Of a DNA stretch of 64,000 nt, positions 29,666-38,847 are shown piece after piece. The notes under the pieces were generated by a model. It was not told the origin of the DNA and searched no databases. It saw only the letters and a program-made list of their open reading frames with translations. Positions within the stretch are counted from its first letter, which is position 1; each line of letters opens with the position of its first letter. The position numbers and the translations under genes are program-made. This DNA is from Bacillota bacterium (GTDB taxonomy: Bacteria; Bacillota; Clostridia; Christensenellales; CAG-138): NCBI GenBank assembly GCA_023390655.1, contig JAEWCL010000004.1, forward strand, positions 92,087 to 156,086. The letters are read 5' to 3'.

Positions 29666-30081
29666 TGCTGCGCCTCCTCTTCAAACTTTTGAAACTGGCA
29701 AACCTTACATGGGATGAGGTTTCCGCTTGTGATGTCATGCAGCAGGTGCCTCACCATATGTCCGGTACGGGTATCACTGATGGAATAGACGGCGCGCTTG
29801 CCGGTCTTTTTAAAGCGCACCACGCCGCATTGCCTTAGCGTTCGCAGATGGTGGGAGACGGCAGGCTGACTCATGCCAAGAATATCCGCCATTTCGCACA
29901 CGCACATATCCTCCAGGGCAAGCATGGATAAAAGCCTGACGCGCGTAGAGTCGCTCAGCTGCTGAAAAATCTCCGCTGCATCCACCGCCGCGTCTTCATC
30001 CGGAATATTGTCCAGAATAAAGCGCTCATGTGCCGCATCAATATGCTCTGTCTGGCAGACGGGAAAAGTCCGTTTCTCCAT
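29662..30081 (-). CDS. ArsR/SmtB family metalloregulator (CadC/CzrA-like)
   Basis: HTH ELCVC-type motif DMCVCEMADILGMSQPAVSHHLRTLRQCGVV. Extra His/Cys at both termini. Confidence 0.9.
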   Translation of the reverse strand: MEKRTFPVCQTEHIDAAHERFILDNIPDEDAAVDAAEIFQQLSDSTRVRLLSMLALEDMCVCEMADILGMSQPAVSHHLRTLRQCGVVRFKKTGKRAVYSISDTRTGHMVRHLLHDITSGNLIPCKVCQFQKFEEEAQQ

Positions 30082-30104
30082 GGTTTCCCTCCATCATTCT
30101 ATCA

Positions 30105-30136
30105 ACATATAAACATATAAGCGATTGTTTATATGT
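30105..30136. promoter_or_regulatory. perfect 11-10-11 inverted repeat, candidate ArsR/SmtB operator
   Basis: ACATATAAACA (30105-30115) / TGTTTATATGT (30126-30136), 24-55 nt upstream of the arsR-family start codon at 30081. Confidence 0.55.
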
Positions 30137-30189
30137 ATTATATACCCTTGCGTATCCAATTGCAACTCATCCGCTTGGATTTTATAGCA

Positions 30190-30213
30190 TAAAAAAGCCG
30201 CCCAAGGGCGGCT
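30190..30213 (-). terminator. rho-independent terminator of lspA-rluD
   Basis: Minus strand: GCCGCCC-tt-GGGCGGC followed by TTTTTT, 23 nt after the rluD stop. Confidence 0.75.
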
Positions 30214-30235
30214 AACAGCATCATACTATTAGATC

Positions 30236-31198
30236 TCAGCTCAACGCTTCCCAATCCGGCACATCCTCACAGCCTGCACGGCGGAGCGCATCAAGAAAGG
30301 TCTGTGGCGGCGGCGCAAAAAAGCGCATCTCCTCTCCCGTGCGCGGATGCTTGAGCGTCAGGCGGTAAGCGTGGAGCGCCTGCCCGGAAAGATTCAGCTT
30401 TGGCTTTGCGGTGCCGTAGGCCGGATCCCCTGCGACGGGATGCTTAGCATGCGCCATGTGCACGCGGATCTGATGCGTGCGCCCTGTTTCAAGCGCCGCT
30501 TCAATGAGCGTAAACTGCCCCATGCGCCTTATCACCCGCCAGTGCGTAACGGCCTCGCGGCCATTTTTGACGACGGCCATGCGCTTGCGGTCCACCGGGT
30601 GGCGGCCTACGGGCGCGTCTATGGTTCCCGCATCCTCCTTGAAATTGCCCTCTACAATGGCAAGATACTTGCGCCGCGCAGTATGCGCCTTGATCTGCGC
30701 ACAAAGGCTGGCGTGCGCAAGATCATTCTTCGCCACCACCAGAAGGCCTGACGTCATTTTATCGATGCGGTGGACGATCCCCGGGCGGAGCACGCCGCCG
30801 ATGCCGGAAAGGTCGTTTATGGCATAGAGAAGCGCGTTGACCAAAGTGCCGGTTTCATTGCCGGGCGCGGGATGCACCACCATCCCCTGGGGCTTATTGA
30901 CCACGCAGATATCCGCATCCTGATAGATGATAGCAAGCGGGATATCCTCGGGCGCAACATCCAAAAGCTCCGGCGGTTCCATGCGCAAAAGCACGGTTTC
31001 CCCCATCCGGAGCTTATAATTCGCCTTGCGGACTTGTCCTGAAACCAGCACCGACTCTTCCTGAATCAGGCGCTGGATGCGGGCGCGGCTTTCCCCGCTC
31101 ACACGGGACAAAAACACGTCCAGCCGTTCGTCCTTCATATCCGCAATATATTCAGTTTCGAGATAGCTGTCAAACGCTTCCAAGCGGCCCTCCGGCAC
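30236..31198 (-). CDS. rluD: 23S rRNA pseudouridine synthase, RluA/RluD family
   Basis: S4 domain (ERLDVFLSRVSGESRARIQRLI) and catalytic HRIDKMTSGLLVVAK. GTG start overlaps the lspA stop (TAGTG). Confidence 0.9.
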   Translation of the reverse strand: MPEGRLEAFDSYLETEYIADMKDERLDVFLSRVSGESRARIQRLIQEESVLVSGQVRKANYKLRMGETVLLRMEPPELLDVAPEDIPLAIIYQDADICVVNKPQGMVVHPAPGNETGTLVNALLYAINDLSGIGGVLRPGIVHRIDKMTSGLLVVAKNDLAHASLCAQIKAHTARRKYLAIVEGNFKEDAGTIDAPVGRHPVDRKRMAVVKNGREAVTHWRVIRRMGQFTLIEAALETGRTHQIRVHMAHAKHPVAGDPAYGTAKPKLNLSGQALHAYRLTLKHPRTGEEMRFFAPPPQTFLDALRRAGCEDVPDWEALS

Positions 31199-31785
31199 TA
31201 CTTCTGCCCTTCGTGCTCCTCCGTGCTCTGTTCCGGTTCCATATCTGCGGCAGTTTCGTCCGCATTTTCCTCTGCGGATTGTTCTTTCCCCGCTTCGCCC
31301 GCCTTTATAGGCTTTGCGTCAAGGCTTTCCACCACCTGCCTGCCCTTGCCGAAAAACACGTCCAGCGCAAGCAACGCCGCGCCGATAGAAACGGCGGTGT
31401 CCGCCACATTGAATATTGCGAAATTGATAAACGCAAATTCAAACATGTCCCGCACATAGCCCAGTACCACGCGGTCAATGAGGTTGCCCAAGGCCCCGGC
31501 GAGAATCAGCGCAAGGGTGATGCGCATGAATGTGTGCAGGCGCGGCCTGAATTTCACCAATACCCAGGCAAGCAGCAGTGCCGCAATGGAAGAAAACACG
31601 ATCAATAGCCATGTGCCGCTTGAGAGCATGCCGAACGCGGCGCCCGTATTGTGCGCGCTGGTCAGGTGGAATACGCCCCCCCACAGGTGCACGCTCGTGC
31701 CAAGTGGCATCAGGTACAAATCGGTCAGATACTTTACAAGCTGGTCCAGCCCGACAACAAGCAGGACGATGATGGTTTCGAGCAT
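31198..31785 (-). CDS. lspA: lipoprotein signal peptidase II with acidic C-terminal extension
   Basis: Four TM helices, conserved NTGAAFG and FNVADTAVSIG segments. About 45-aa Glu/Ala-rich tail. Confidence 0.9.
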   Translation of the reverse strand: MLETIIVLLVVGLDQLVKYLTDLYLMPLGTSVHLWGGVFHLTSAHNTGAAFGMLSSGTWLLIVFSSIAALLLAWVLVKFRPRLHTFMRITLALILAGALGNLIDRVVLGYVRDMFEFAFINFAIFNVADTAVSIGAALLALDVFFGKGRQVVESLDAKPIKAGEAGKEQSAEENADETAADMEPEQSTEEHEGQK

Positions 31786-31851
31786 ACTACCCCCGCATCA
31801 CTTTGTTAAAACAAAACCCAGTATAGCATATAGAAGAACGCAAGGCAAAGA

Positions 31852-33477
31852 TCATCCCGCCTGCTGCATGTACCACTCACTCACCGTACGGAAAATATCC
31901 GTACCGCGGACAGTTGCAATGCCGCGGATGTCTCCGCCGTAAACGATGCTGCTCATCCGAAAATACAGCATAATAAACGGCAGCTCCTGTACAAACTGCT
32001 GCTGCAGCTTTGCGTGCGCCTCACGCATGCCGTTTTCATCCGCCGCCGCGGAAGCCGCCGAAAGGAGCGCATCCCAGTTCCCGGAGATATTTCCATAGTT
32101 GCGCGCGCCGCCGGACGCAAGGTAGGGCGCCAGGTTGCCGCTCGCTTCCATTTGAAACCCGGCGAGCGCAAGGTCAAATTCCCTGTTTACAAGCTTCTGT
32201 TCAAATTCCCCATTCGCCTGCTCGATGCTAAGCTTTGCGGTGACGACTTCCACCTCAATGCCCGCGCTTAATAGCTGGGCAGCAAGGAGCGCCGCAGCAT
32301 TCTTGCGGTAGGTGCTCTCTGTGCTGTCGTTGACAAGCAGCTTCAAATGGAGCGGCCTTGTGCCCTGCTGCAAAATGCCGTCCCCGTCTTCATCCGTCCA
32401 TCCGGCACTGTTTAAAAGCTGCTCCGCCTTTTCAAGATCATGGTCATAAATCTTTGTGGTCGCATCATACAAAAACGAATCCGGCGGTACGGGCACATCG
32501 CATACGGTAGCGCGGTTCATGTAGACGTTGGAGACAAGCGCGCTCCTGTCGAGCGCATAGGCGATCGCCTTTCTCACATCTGCATTGCGCAATATGTCGC
32601 TGTTATGGTTCACCAGAAGGACTTCCGCCTCCTGCGTCATGACGTCTAGCACATTGGTAGCGCCCTCTTCGCGGTATTTGCCAGCGGAGACGGTCTTTGT
32701 GGGCACCATGTTGAGCTGCCCCGCCTCATAGGAGTCAAGCGCGACATCGTTGCTTTCGCGCGAAAGGCACTCGATTGTATTGATATACGGCGTTTGCTTC
32801 CACCAGCGGCTGTTTGCCGTCAGTTCCACAGACATCTCAGAACTGTCCGTTACCTGATAGGGGCCTGTTCCATTCAGTTCATTGGGCGTCTGCGAGCAAA
32901 TCACAGGGAAGGTGAGCGAATAGAGCGCCGCCATCCCCGGCTTTTTCATAGTGATGCGCACGGTGTTTTCATCGGCCTGCTCATACGCTTCAATGGCCTG
33001 GGCCGCAAGGCTATAATAGGAGCCATTGCCCATGAGCGTCAGCTGCCCCAGGGTATAGAGCACATCCGCAGCCGTCAGCATGCCGCCTTTATGCCACATG
33101 ACGTTTTTCCGAAGCTGTATCGTCCAAACGCGCCCGGTATCGTCGCTGCTCCACTTTTCCGCGAGAGAAGGGATGATGCGGTTACTGGAATCGCACCGTA
33201 AGAGCGGCTCATACACAAGCGCATACATATTGCGCATTTCTTCCGTATTGACCGTGAGTGGATTGTAGGACGCGCCGCCCTCACTGCGGAAGGGGTTTCG
33301 CGGGATGGGGATGCGCAGCGTTCCGCCGGCGACGGGCTGCGGCTCAGGCGTTGCGGTCGGCATCGCAATGGGCGTTGCGGCCGGCTCCGGCGTATTCTTC
33401 GCCCCGCAGCCGGTGAGCAGCAGCACGGCTGCGATCACGCTAGAAAGCGTCCGGATAAAGTGTCTTGTATTTTTCAT
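31852..33477 (-). CDS. ABC transporter substrate-binding lipoprotein, family 5 (peptide/nickel)
   Basis: Start MKNTRHFIRTLSSVIAAVLLLTGCG (lipobox LTGC) at 33477. SBP_bac_5-like body. The listed ORF extends to 33738, but that extension overlaps the upstream gene. Confidence 0.85.
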   Translation of the reverse strand: MKNTRHFIRTLSSVIAAVLLLTGCGAKNTPEPAATPIAMPTATPEPQPVAGGTLRIPIPRNPFRSEGGASYNPLTVNTEEMRNMYALVYEPLLRCDSSNRIIPSLAEKWSSDDTGRVWTIQLRKNVMWHKGGMLTAADVLYTLGQLTLMGNGSYYSLAAQAIEAYEQADENTVRITMKKPGMAALYSLTFPVICSQTPNELNGTGPYQVTDSSEMSVELTANSRWWKQTPYINTIECLSRESNDVALDSYEAGQLNMVPTKTVSAGKYREEGATNVLDVMTQEAEVLLVNHNSDILRNADVRKAIAYALDRSALVSNVYMNRATVCDVPVPPDSFLYDATTKIYDHDLEKAEQLLNSAGWTDEDGDGILQQGTRPLHLKLLVNDSTESTYRKNAAALLAAQLLSAGIEVEVVTAKLSIEQANGEFEQKLVNREFDLALAGFQMEASGNLAPYLASGGARNYGNISGNWDALLSAASAAADENGMREAHAKLQQQFVQELPFIMLYFRMSSIVYGGDIRGIATVRGTDIFRTVSEWYMQQAG

Positions 33478-34036
33478 ATGCACGCTGCACCTTTTCCACA
33501 TACTGTTCCGTTTCCGCAAAGGGGATATTCTTGAGCTGTCCCTCTTGCGAAACATCTGGGTCCTTCTTCCATTTGTCCACATTGCCGTGGCCCGCATTGT
33601 AAGCCGCCAAAGCGGAAGGGCGGTCCTGCGCATACCGGTCAAGCACGAAGCGCAGATACCAGCAGCCCAGACGGATGTTATACCGCGGTACCTTGAGCTG
33701 CTCGGGATTGTATCCCGTAAGCTTGAGCTTCCCTGCAATCCATTCCCCGGTATCCGGCATGATCTGCATCAGGCCCACAGCGCCCGCTGCGCTCACAGCT
33801 GTGGCGCGGTTGGAGCTTTCGCAGTGGATCATGGCCGCAACAAGATACGGGTCGAGCGCAAACTCCTCAGCGCTCATTCCAATCTCCTCCGGATACAACA
33901 GCTTATAAGTGCGCTTTTCAAGCTCACGCCCGGCATAGAGGGCAATGCTCACCGCAAGCAGGAGCAACAGCGCCGCAAGCATCAGCCTGCCGCCTCTTTT
34001 CTTTTTGGGTTTTGGTTTGCGTTTTGCCTGTTCCAA
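33440..34036 (-). CDS. lytic transglycosylase (SLT domain) with N-terminal membrane anchor
   Basis: TM LMLAALLLLLAVSIALYA. Catalytic region MIHCESSNRATAVSAAGAVGLMQIMP...AYNAG. Confidence 0.85.
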   Translation of the reverse strand: MEQAKRKPKPKKKRGGRLMLAALLLLLAVSIALYAGRELEKRTYKLLYPEEIGMSAEEFALDPYLVAAMIHCESSNRATAVSAAGAVGLMQIMPDTGEWIAGKLKLTGYNPEQLKVPRYNIRLGCWYLRFVLDRYAQDRPSALAAYNAGHGNVDKWKKDPDVSQEGQLKNIPFAETEQYVEKVQRAYEKYKTLYPDAF

Positions 34037-34071
34037 TTGGTTTCCTCTGTTCTGCGTCCTGCCGCCTGTGT

Positions 34072-34677
34072 CTATAAGGCGGCGTACAAGGCATCCACCT
34101 GCGCAAAAAGCGCGCCTTCCTCCGAAGAATTGTCAATGCGCTGCGTTGCAAACGCCCGTTTTTCTTCGTCCGGCATCTGGCGCTGGATGCGCGAAAGCGC
34201 GTCCAGCCTGCTGCAACGGTCCCGCTTCATAATGCGCCTGATGCGCGTCTCCTCGTCTGCCTCTACCAGCCAGACCGCATCCATATCCGCATGCATGCCG
34301 CTTTCAATCAACAGCGGCACGTCCCAGAATACAACCGCTTCGGGCGCCTGACGGCGGACCTCTTGTTCCTCCTGCAGCAATATACTGCGCACCATGGGAT
34401 GGAGGATGGCGTTTACCGCCAGACGCTCCGAGTCCGAAGCGAATATGATTTTTGCAAGCGCGGGGCGGTCAAGCGCGCCGTCCGACATTAAAATGCCTGC
34501 GCCATAACGCGCTACAAGCAGCTTTAAGCCTTCCGTCCCCGGCTCCACCGCCTTGCGCGATGCGGCATCCGCATCCAGCACGATCGCTCCAAGCGCGCGA
34601 AGGTAAGCGGAAACGGTGGATTTCCCCGCGCCCATGCCGCCCGTAAGCCCGATGCGTTTGCCGGTCTGTTCACTCAT
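34072..34677 (-). CDS. coaE: dephospho-CoA kinase
   Basis: P-loop IGLTGGMGAGKSTV. About 200 aa. 4-nt overlap with the polA stop region. Confidence 0.9.
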   Translation of the reverse strand: MSEQTGKRIGLTGGMGAGKSTVSAYLRALGAIVLDADAASRKAVEPGTEGLKLLVARYGAGILMSDGALDRPALAKIIFASDSERLAVNAILHPMVRSILLQEEQEVRRQAPEAVVFWDVPLLIESGMHADMDAVWLVEADEETRIRRIMKRDRCSRLDALSRIQRQMPDEEKRAFATQRIDNSSEEGALFAQVDALYAAL

Positions 34678-37262
34678 TTCGTATCGTACCAGCTGTGCCC
34701 GCTTTTAACCTCCGCAACAAGCGGCACGGATAGCTGCATGGCGTTCTGCATACAGTCGCACACAATCTCGCTCACGCGGCATTCTTCCTCCGGCGGGCAG
34801 TCTAAAATCAGTTCGTCATGCACCTGCAGCACAAGGCGGCTTTTGAGATTCTCTTCGCGCAGCGCGTTGTCTACACGCACCATCGCGAGCTTGATGATAT
34901 CCGCCGCCGTCCCCTGTATGGGCATATTCATCGCCACGCGTTCCCCAAAGGAGCGGGTGTTGTAATTGCTGCTCTTGAGTTCCGGAAGCTCACGCCGCCT
35001 GCCCAAAAGGGTCTTTACATAGCCATGCTCGCGGCCGCTTTCGATGCTGCCCTTCATATAGGAGCGCACGCCCGGGTAACGGTCCAGATACCGCTCGATA
35101 TATTCGCCCGCACGCTTGCGGGTAATGCCAAGGTTGCGCGCAAGCCCAAAGTCCGAGATGCCGTAGACAATGCCGAAGTTAACGGCCTTTGCGGCGCTTC
35201 TTTGTTCCTGCGTGACATGCTCTGGCGTTGTACCAAACACCTCCGCGGCAGTCTTTAAATGGATATCCCCGCCTTCGCGGAAATTTTCCTGCATGGCCTC
35301 GTCCGCGCTGATGTGCGCGAGGAGCCTTAATTCGATCTGCGAATAATCGGCGCCCACGAGCATATTGCCTTCTGACGCAACAAACGCCTTGCGGATTTCC
35401 CTTCCCAGCGCTGTGCGCACGGGGATGTTCTGCAAGTTCGGCTCCGTGCTTGAAATGCGCCCGGTCGCTGCCACATTCTGGTTAAAGCTTGTATGTACAC
35501 GGCCATCCTCCGGCGAGCGCACGGCAAGCAGGCCGTCGATAAACGTGCTTTTGAGCTTGGTCAAAAACCGATATTCCTGCACATGCGGCACGATGGGGTG
35601 CTGCTCCATGAGCGTCTCCAATACATCCGCATCCGTAGAGTACCCGGTCTTTGTCTTGCGCTGGGCCGGAAGCCCGATCTTATCAAACAAAATATAGCCA
35701 AGCTGTTTGGTGGAGAGGATGTTGAAGGGCTCTCCCGCAAGTTCATAAATCTCACCCGCAAGCTCGTCAATGCGGCGCTTAAACTGCGTGTCAAGATCCC
35801 GCAGGGTATCCTGGTCCACCCGGAAGCCCTGCTTTTCCATACGGAACAGAACGCCGATGAGCGGCCGCTCCACCGTTTCATACAGCGGCATCAGTTCCAT
35901 CTCCTGCATTTCCTTCATCATACTGTTGCTGAGCGTGAACAGCATGCAGGCGTCCGGCTTATTGACATGCAGGCGCTCCTGGATGAGCGCTTCGAGTGAG
36001 GGCGCAGGCCGCGTCGCATTAATGAGATAGTCGGCGATCATGGCATCAAACCACAGGCCATTGAGCTTGATTCCCTGCCGGGAAAGCAGGTGCATCCACT
36101 TTTTTGCGTCAAACAGCAGCTTCTTTGGGCACTCCGCCCGAAAAAGGTCTTCGAGGGAGAGCAGCACCTCGCCCATATCAAGCCCGGGAGTCAGCAACGT
36201 CCCCGCAAGGCTCACGTGGTATTGCCTGCAGCCTTCCGCCGCAAGAAACAGCGCCTCCCCTTCCGCGTGGATCGCAAGATATTCCGCGTCCTTTAATTCT
36301 TTTACCGCGGCGTGCAGGGCGGACATATCCGAAAGCTCCACGGTTTCCCGCTTATGCTCCTTTTGCTCGGGTACAGCCGCAGAAGGTTCCTGCACGTTTG
36401 GCAGGCGGTTTGCAATTGCGTTTAGCTGCAGCGCGCGCAGGCGCGGCAGTGCCCCCGCCATTTTAGCAGGCACAAACGCGCTTTCCTGCAGGGTGACGGT
36501 CAGCGGCGCATCCGCATGGATGGTACCAAGACGATAGCTCATGCGCGCAAGCTCCGCGTTTTCCTTGACCTTTTCCCCGAGCTTGCCCTTGATCTCTCCC
36601 GCGTGGGCAAGCACTTCTTCAAGCGTGCCGTACTCCGCAAGCAGTTTGACGGCTGTCTTTTCCCCAACGCCGGGGATGCCCGGGATATTGTCCGAATTAT
36701 CGCCCATGAGGCCTTTTAAATCCCGCATGCGGTCGGGCGTGAGACCATAGGCGGCAAGGAGTGCTTCCTTGTCCATCTCCTCTGTATCGGTAATGCCTTT
36801 TTTCGTCAAAAGCACATGCGTCCGGTCGGTAATCAGCTGCAGCGCATCCCTGTCCCCCGTTACCAGCAGGGAGGAAACACCCTCCTTTTCCGCCATACGC
36901 GAAAATGTACCCAAAATATCATCCGCCTCATACGTTTCACAGGTACAGACAGTGATGCCCATTTGCTGTAACAATTCCTGCAGCAGCGGAAACTGCGGCC
37001 TTAAATCTTCCGGCGTTTCCCGCCTGCCCGCCTTATACGCCTCATATTCCGTATGCCGGAACGTGGGGCCGTGCAGGTCAAACGCCACAACAAGATAATC
37101 CGGCTTCTTTTCCATCAGCTTTAAGAGCATGCTCAAAAAGCCGTGCACCGCTCCGGTGGGCGTGCCCTCCCTGCTCGTCATTGCAGGAAGCGCATAATAA
37201 GCGCGGTGCATCAAGCTGTTTCCGTCGATTGCGATGAGCAGTTTCTCTTTTTGCTGTTCCAT
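34674..37262 (-). CDS. polA: DNA polymerase I
   Basis: 5'-nuclease domain (LIAIDGNSLMHRAYYA), pol motif A (DYSQIELR), motif B (RSAAKAVNFGIVYG), motif C (QVHDELI). Confidence 0.97.
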   Translation of the reverse strand: MEQQKEKLLIAIDGNSLMHRAYYALPAMTSREGTPTGAVHGFLSMLLKLMEKKPDYLVVAFDLHGPTFRHTEYEAYKAGRRETPEDLRPQFPLLQELLQQMGITVCTCETYEADDILGTFSRMAEKEGVSSLLVTGDRDALQLITDRTHVLLTKKGITDTEEMDKEALLAAYGLTPDRMRDLKGLMGDNSDNIPGIPGVGEKTAVKLLAEYGTLEEVLAHAGEIKGKLGEKVKENAELARMSYRLGTIHADAPLTVTLQESAFVPAKMAGALPRLRALQLNAIANRLPNVQEPSAAVPEQKEHKRETVELSDMSALHAAVKELKDAEYLAIHAEGEALFLAAEGCRQYHVSLAGTLLTPGLDMGEVLLSLEDLFRAECPKKLLFDAKKWMHLLSRQGIKLNGLWFDAMIADYLINATRPAPSLEALIQERLHVNKPDACMLFTLSNSMMKEMQEMELMPLYETVERPLIGVLFRMEKQGFRVDQDTLRDLDTQFKRRIDELAGEIYELAGEPFNILSTKQLGYILFDKIGLPAQRKTKTGYSTDADVLETLMEQHPIVPHVQEYRFLTKLKSTFIDGLLAVRSPEDGRVHTSFNQNVAATGRISSTEPNLQNIPVRTALGREIRKAFVASEGNMLVGADYSQIELRLLAHISADEAMQENFREGGDIHLKTAAEVFGTTPEHVTQEQRSAAKAVNFGIVYGISDFGLARNLGITRKRAGEYIERYLDRYPGVRSYMKGSIESGREHGYVKTLLGRRRELPELKSSNYNTRSFGERVAMNMPIQGTAADIIKLAMVRVDNALREENLKSRLVLQVHDELILDCPPEEECRVSEIVCDCMQNAMQLSVPLVAEVKSGHSWYDTK

Positions 37263-37319
37263 GCCTCTCCCCCGTCGCCGTACACCGGCCCACTCAATTG
37301 TTTCCTTTGTGTAGGGTTC

Positions 37320-38627
37320 TTACTCCACGACGGCGTAAACCATCTGTGACCTGGGAACGCCGATTGTAACCGCTTCGCGCAGGATGGAGATTGCTTCCTC
37401 CACACGGCTTTCGTCATTGACGTAGAGCGTGCACACGGGCTCCTGTTGTCCCCCCGCATCGCCCAGACGCTTGTGCATCACAAGGCCCACCGCGTGGTCG
37501 ATCGCATCCTCCTTGCGCGCACGGCCTGCGCCAAGGAGCTGCGCCGCAAGGCCGATCTTCGCGGCGTCCATTTCCTGAATGGTACCCGCGGCTTCAAGAT
37601 ACACCGGCACATGCCGCTTCACCCTGCACAGCTCATCAATTTTATGGAGATCAATATAGGAGGCGTCGCCACCCTGGGCGCGCACCATCTCCCTTAATTT
37701 CTCAAGCGCAGCACCCGAAGCCAACACGGCCCTGAGTTTTTCGCGCGCCTCCTGCTCCCCGTCTGCCAGGCCCGAAAGCCGCAGCATATGGGAGGCAAGC
37801 AGCATGCACACCTCATAGAGCGGGTCGCCCTCGGGCAGCTTTCCGCTCAAGAGCTCCACCGCCTCGCGCACTTCAAGCGCATTGCCTACGGCAAGGCCCA
37901 GCGGCTGGTTCATATCCGTAATCACGGCGACGACGCGCCGCCCTAAGTGCTTGCCGATCTCCACCATGGTGGCGGCAAGCGCCCTTGCGTCCTCCAACGT
38001 TTCCACAAACGCGCCGGTGCCGACCTTGACGTCGAGCACAATCGCATCCGCACCCGCAGCGAGCTTCTTGCTCATGACGCTCGATGCAATGAGCGGGATG
38101 CTCTTTACCGTACCCGTCACATCGCGCAGCGCATACAAAAGCTTATCCGCGGGCACGAGATTGCCCGTCTGCCCGATGACAGAGAGCCCCAGCTCCTTCA
38201 CCTGCGCTTGAAAACGGTCCATGGGCTGCTCGATCACAAGGCCCGGAATGCTTTCGAGCTTATCGAGCGTGCCGCCCGTATGCCCAAGACCCCTGCCGGA
38301 CATTTTGGCAACCTTGCCGCCGCACGCGGCAACAAGGGGCGCCACCACGAGCGTTGTCGTATCACCAACACCACCGGTAGAGTGTTTATCCACCTTGACG
38401 CCCGGGATATCCGAAAGCGTCACAACATCGCCTGAATGCATCATGGCCATGGTCAGATCCGCCGTTTCGCGGCCATCCATGCCGGAATAGCACACCGCCA
38501 TTAAAAACGCGGACATCTGGTAATCCGCCACTTCGCCCTTGACAAAGCCCTCAATGAGAAACTTGATCTCTTCACCGGTAAGCGCATGCCCTTCCCGTTT
38601 CTTCATAATCAAATCCACAGCGCGCAT
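37320..38627 (-). CDS. pdp: pyrimidine-nucleoside (thymidine) phosphorylase
   Basis: MRAVDLIMKKREG..., DKHSTGGVGDTTTL, SGRGLGHTGGTLDKLESIPG. Confidence 0.95.
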   Translation of the reverse strand: MRAVDLIMKKREGHALTGEEIKFLIEGFVKGEVADYQMSAFLMAVCYSGMDGRETADLTMAMMHSGDVVTLSDIPGVKVDKHSTGGVGDTTTLVVAPLVAACGGKVAKMSGRGLGHTGGTLDKLESIPGLVIEQPMDRFQAQVKELGLSVIGQTGNLVPADKLLYALRDVTGTVKSIPLIASSVMSKKLAAGADAIVLDVKVGTGAFVETLEDARALAATMVEIGKHLGRRVVAVITDMNQPLGLAVGNALEVREAVELLSGKLPEGDPLYEVCMLLASHMLRLSGLADGEQEAREKLRAVLASGAALEKLREMVRAQGGDASYIDLHKIDELCRVKRHVPVYLEAAGTIQEMDAAKIGLAAQLLGAGRARKEDAIDHAVGLVMHKRLGDAGGQQEPVCTLYVNDESRVEEAISILREAVTIGVPRSQMVYAVVE

Positions 38628-38787
38628 GGATGCTTCCCCCTTATGTCTTGGTTTTTATAAAATCCTGCACTCGGGCTAAAAAGGCCGCCACGCGCGCGTT
38701 TGCTGCGGACAGCCTTCAAGTTCTTTTTATTGTACCATACCCGTTTGTAGGCGTGCAAGGACGGGGCTTTCCCGGTTTGTAAACAAG

Positions 38788-38821
38788 TTAAAAATTCCCC
38801 TGCAGGTGCTGCAGGGGAATT
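38788..38821 (-). terminator. rho-independent terminator of pirin gene
   Basis: AATTCCCCTGCAG-gtg-CTGCAGGGGAATT. On the minus strand it is followed by a T-rich run (TTTTTAAC). About 27 nt after the pirin stop. Confidence 0.65.
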
Positions 38822-38847
38822 GGGGGATCTATTTATGGAGGAATCGT

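Noticed and set aside
27635-30136. Metal-resistance operon considered as part of a mobile resistance island (together with 58191..60558)
   Set aside because: There are no transposase, integrase or recombinase genes, no flanking repeats, and the base composition is indistinguishable from neighbouring core genes. Both look like resident chromosomal homeostasis loci.
31852-33738. Long N-terminal extensions offered by the ORF track (SBP to 33738; also cyt-b5-like gene from 60521, SMC to 13590, PBP to 25828, RluB to 21939, enolase from 51069)
   Set aside because: In each case an internal start with a good SD reproduces the family-typical N-terminus or signal peptide. The extension overlaps a neighbouring gene, terminator or operator.
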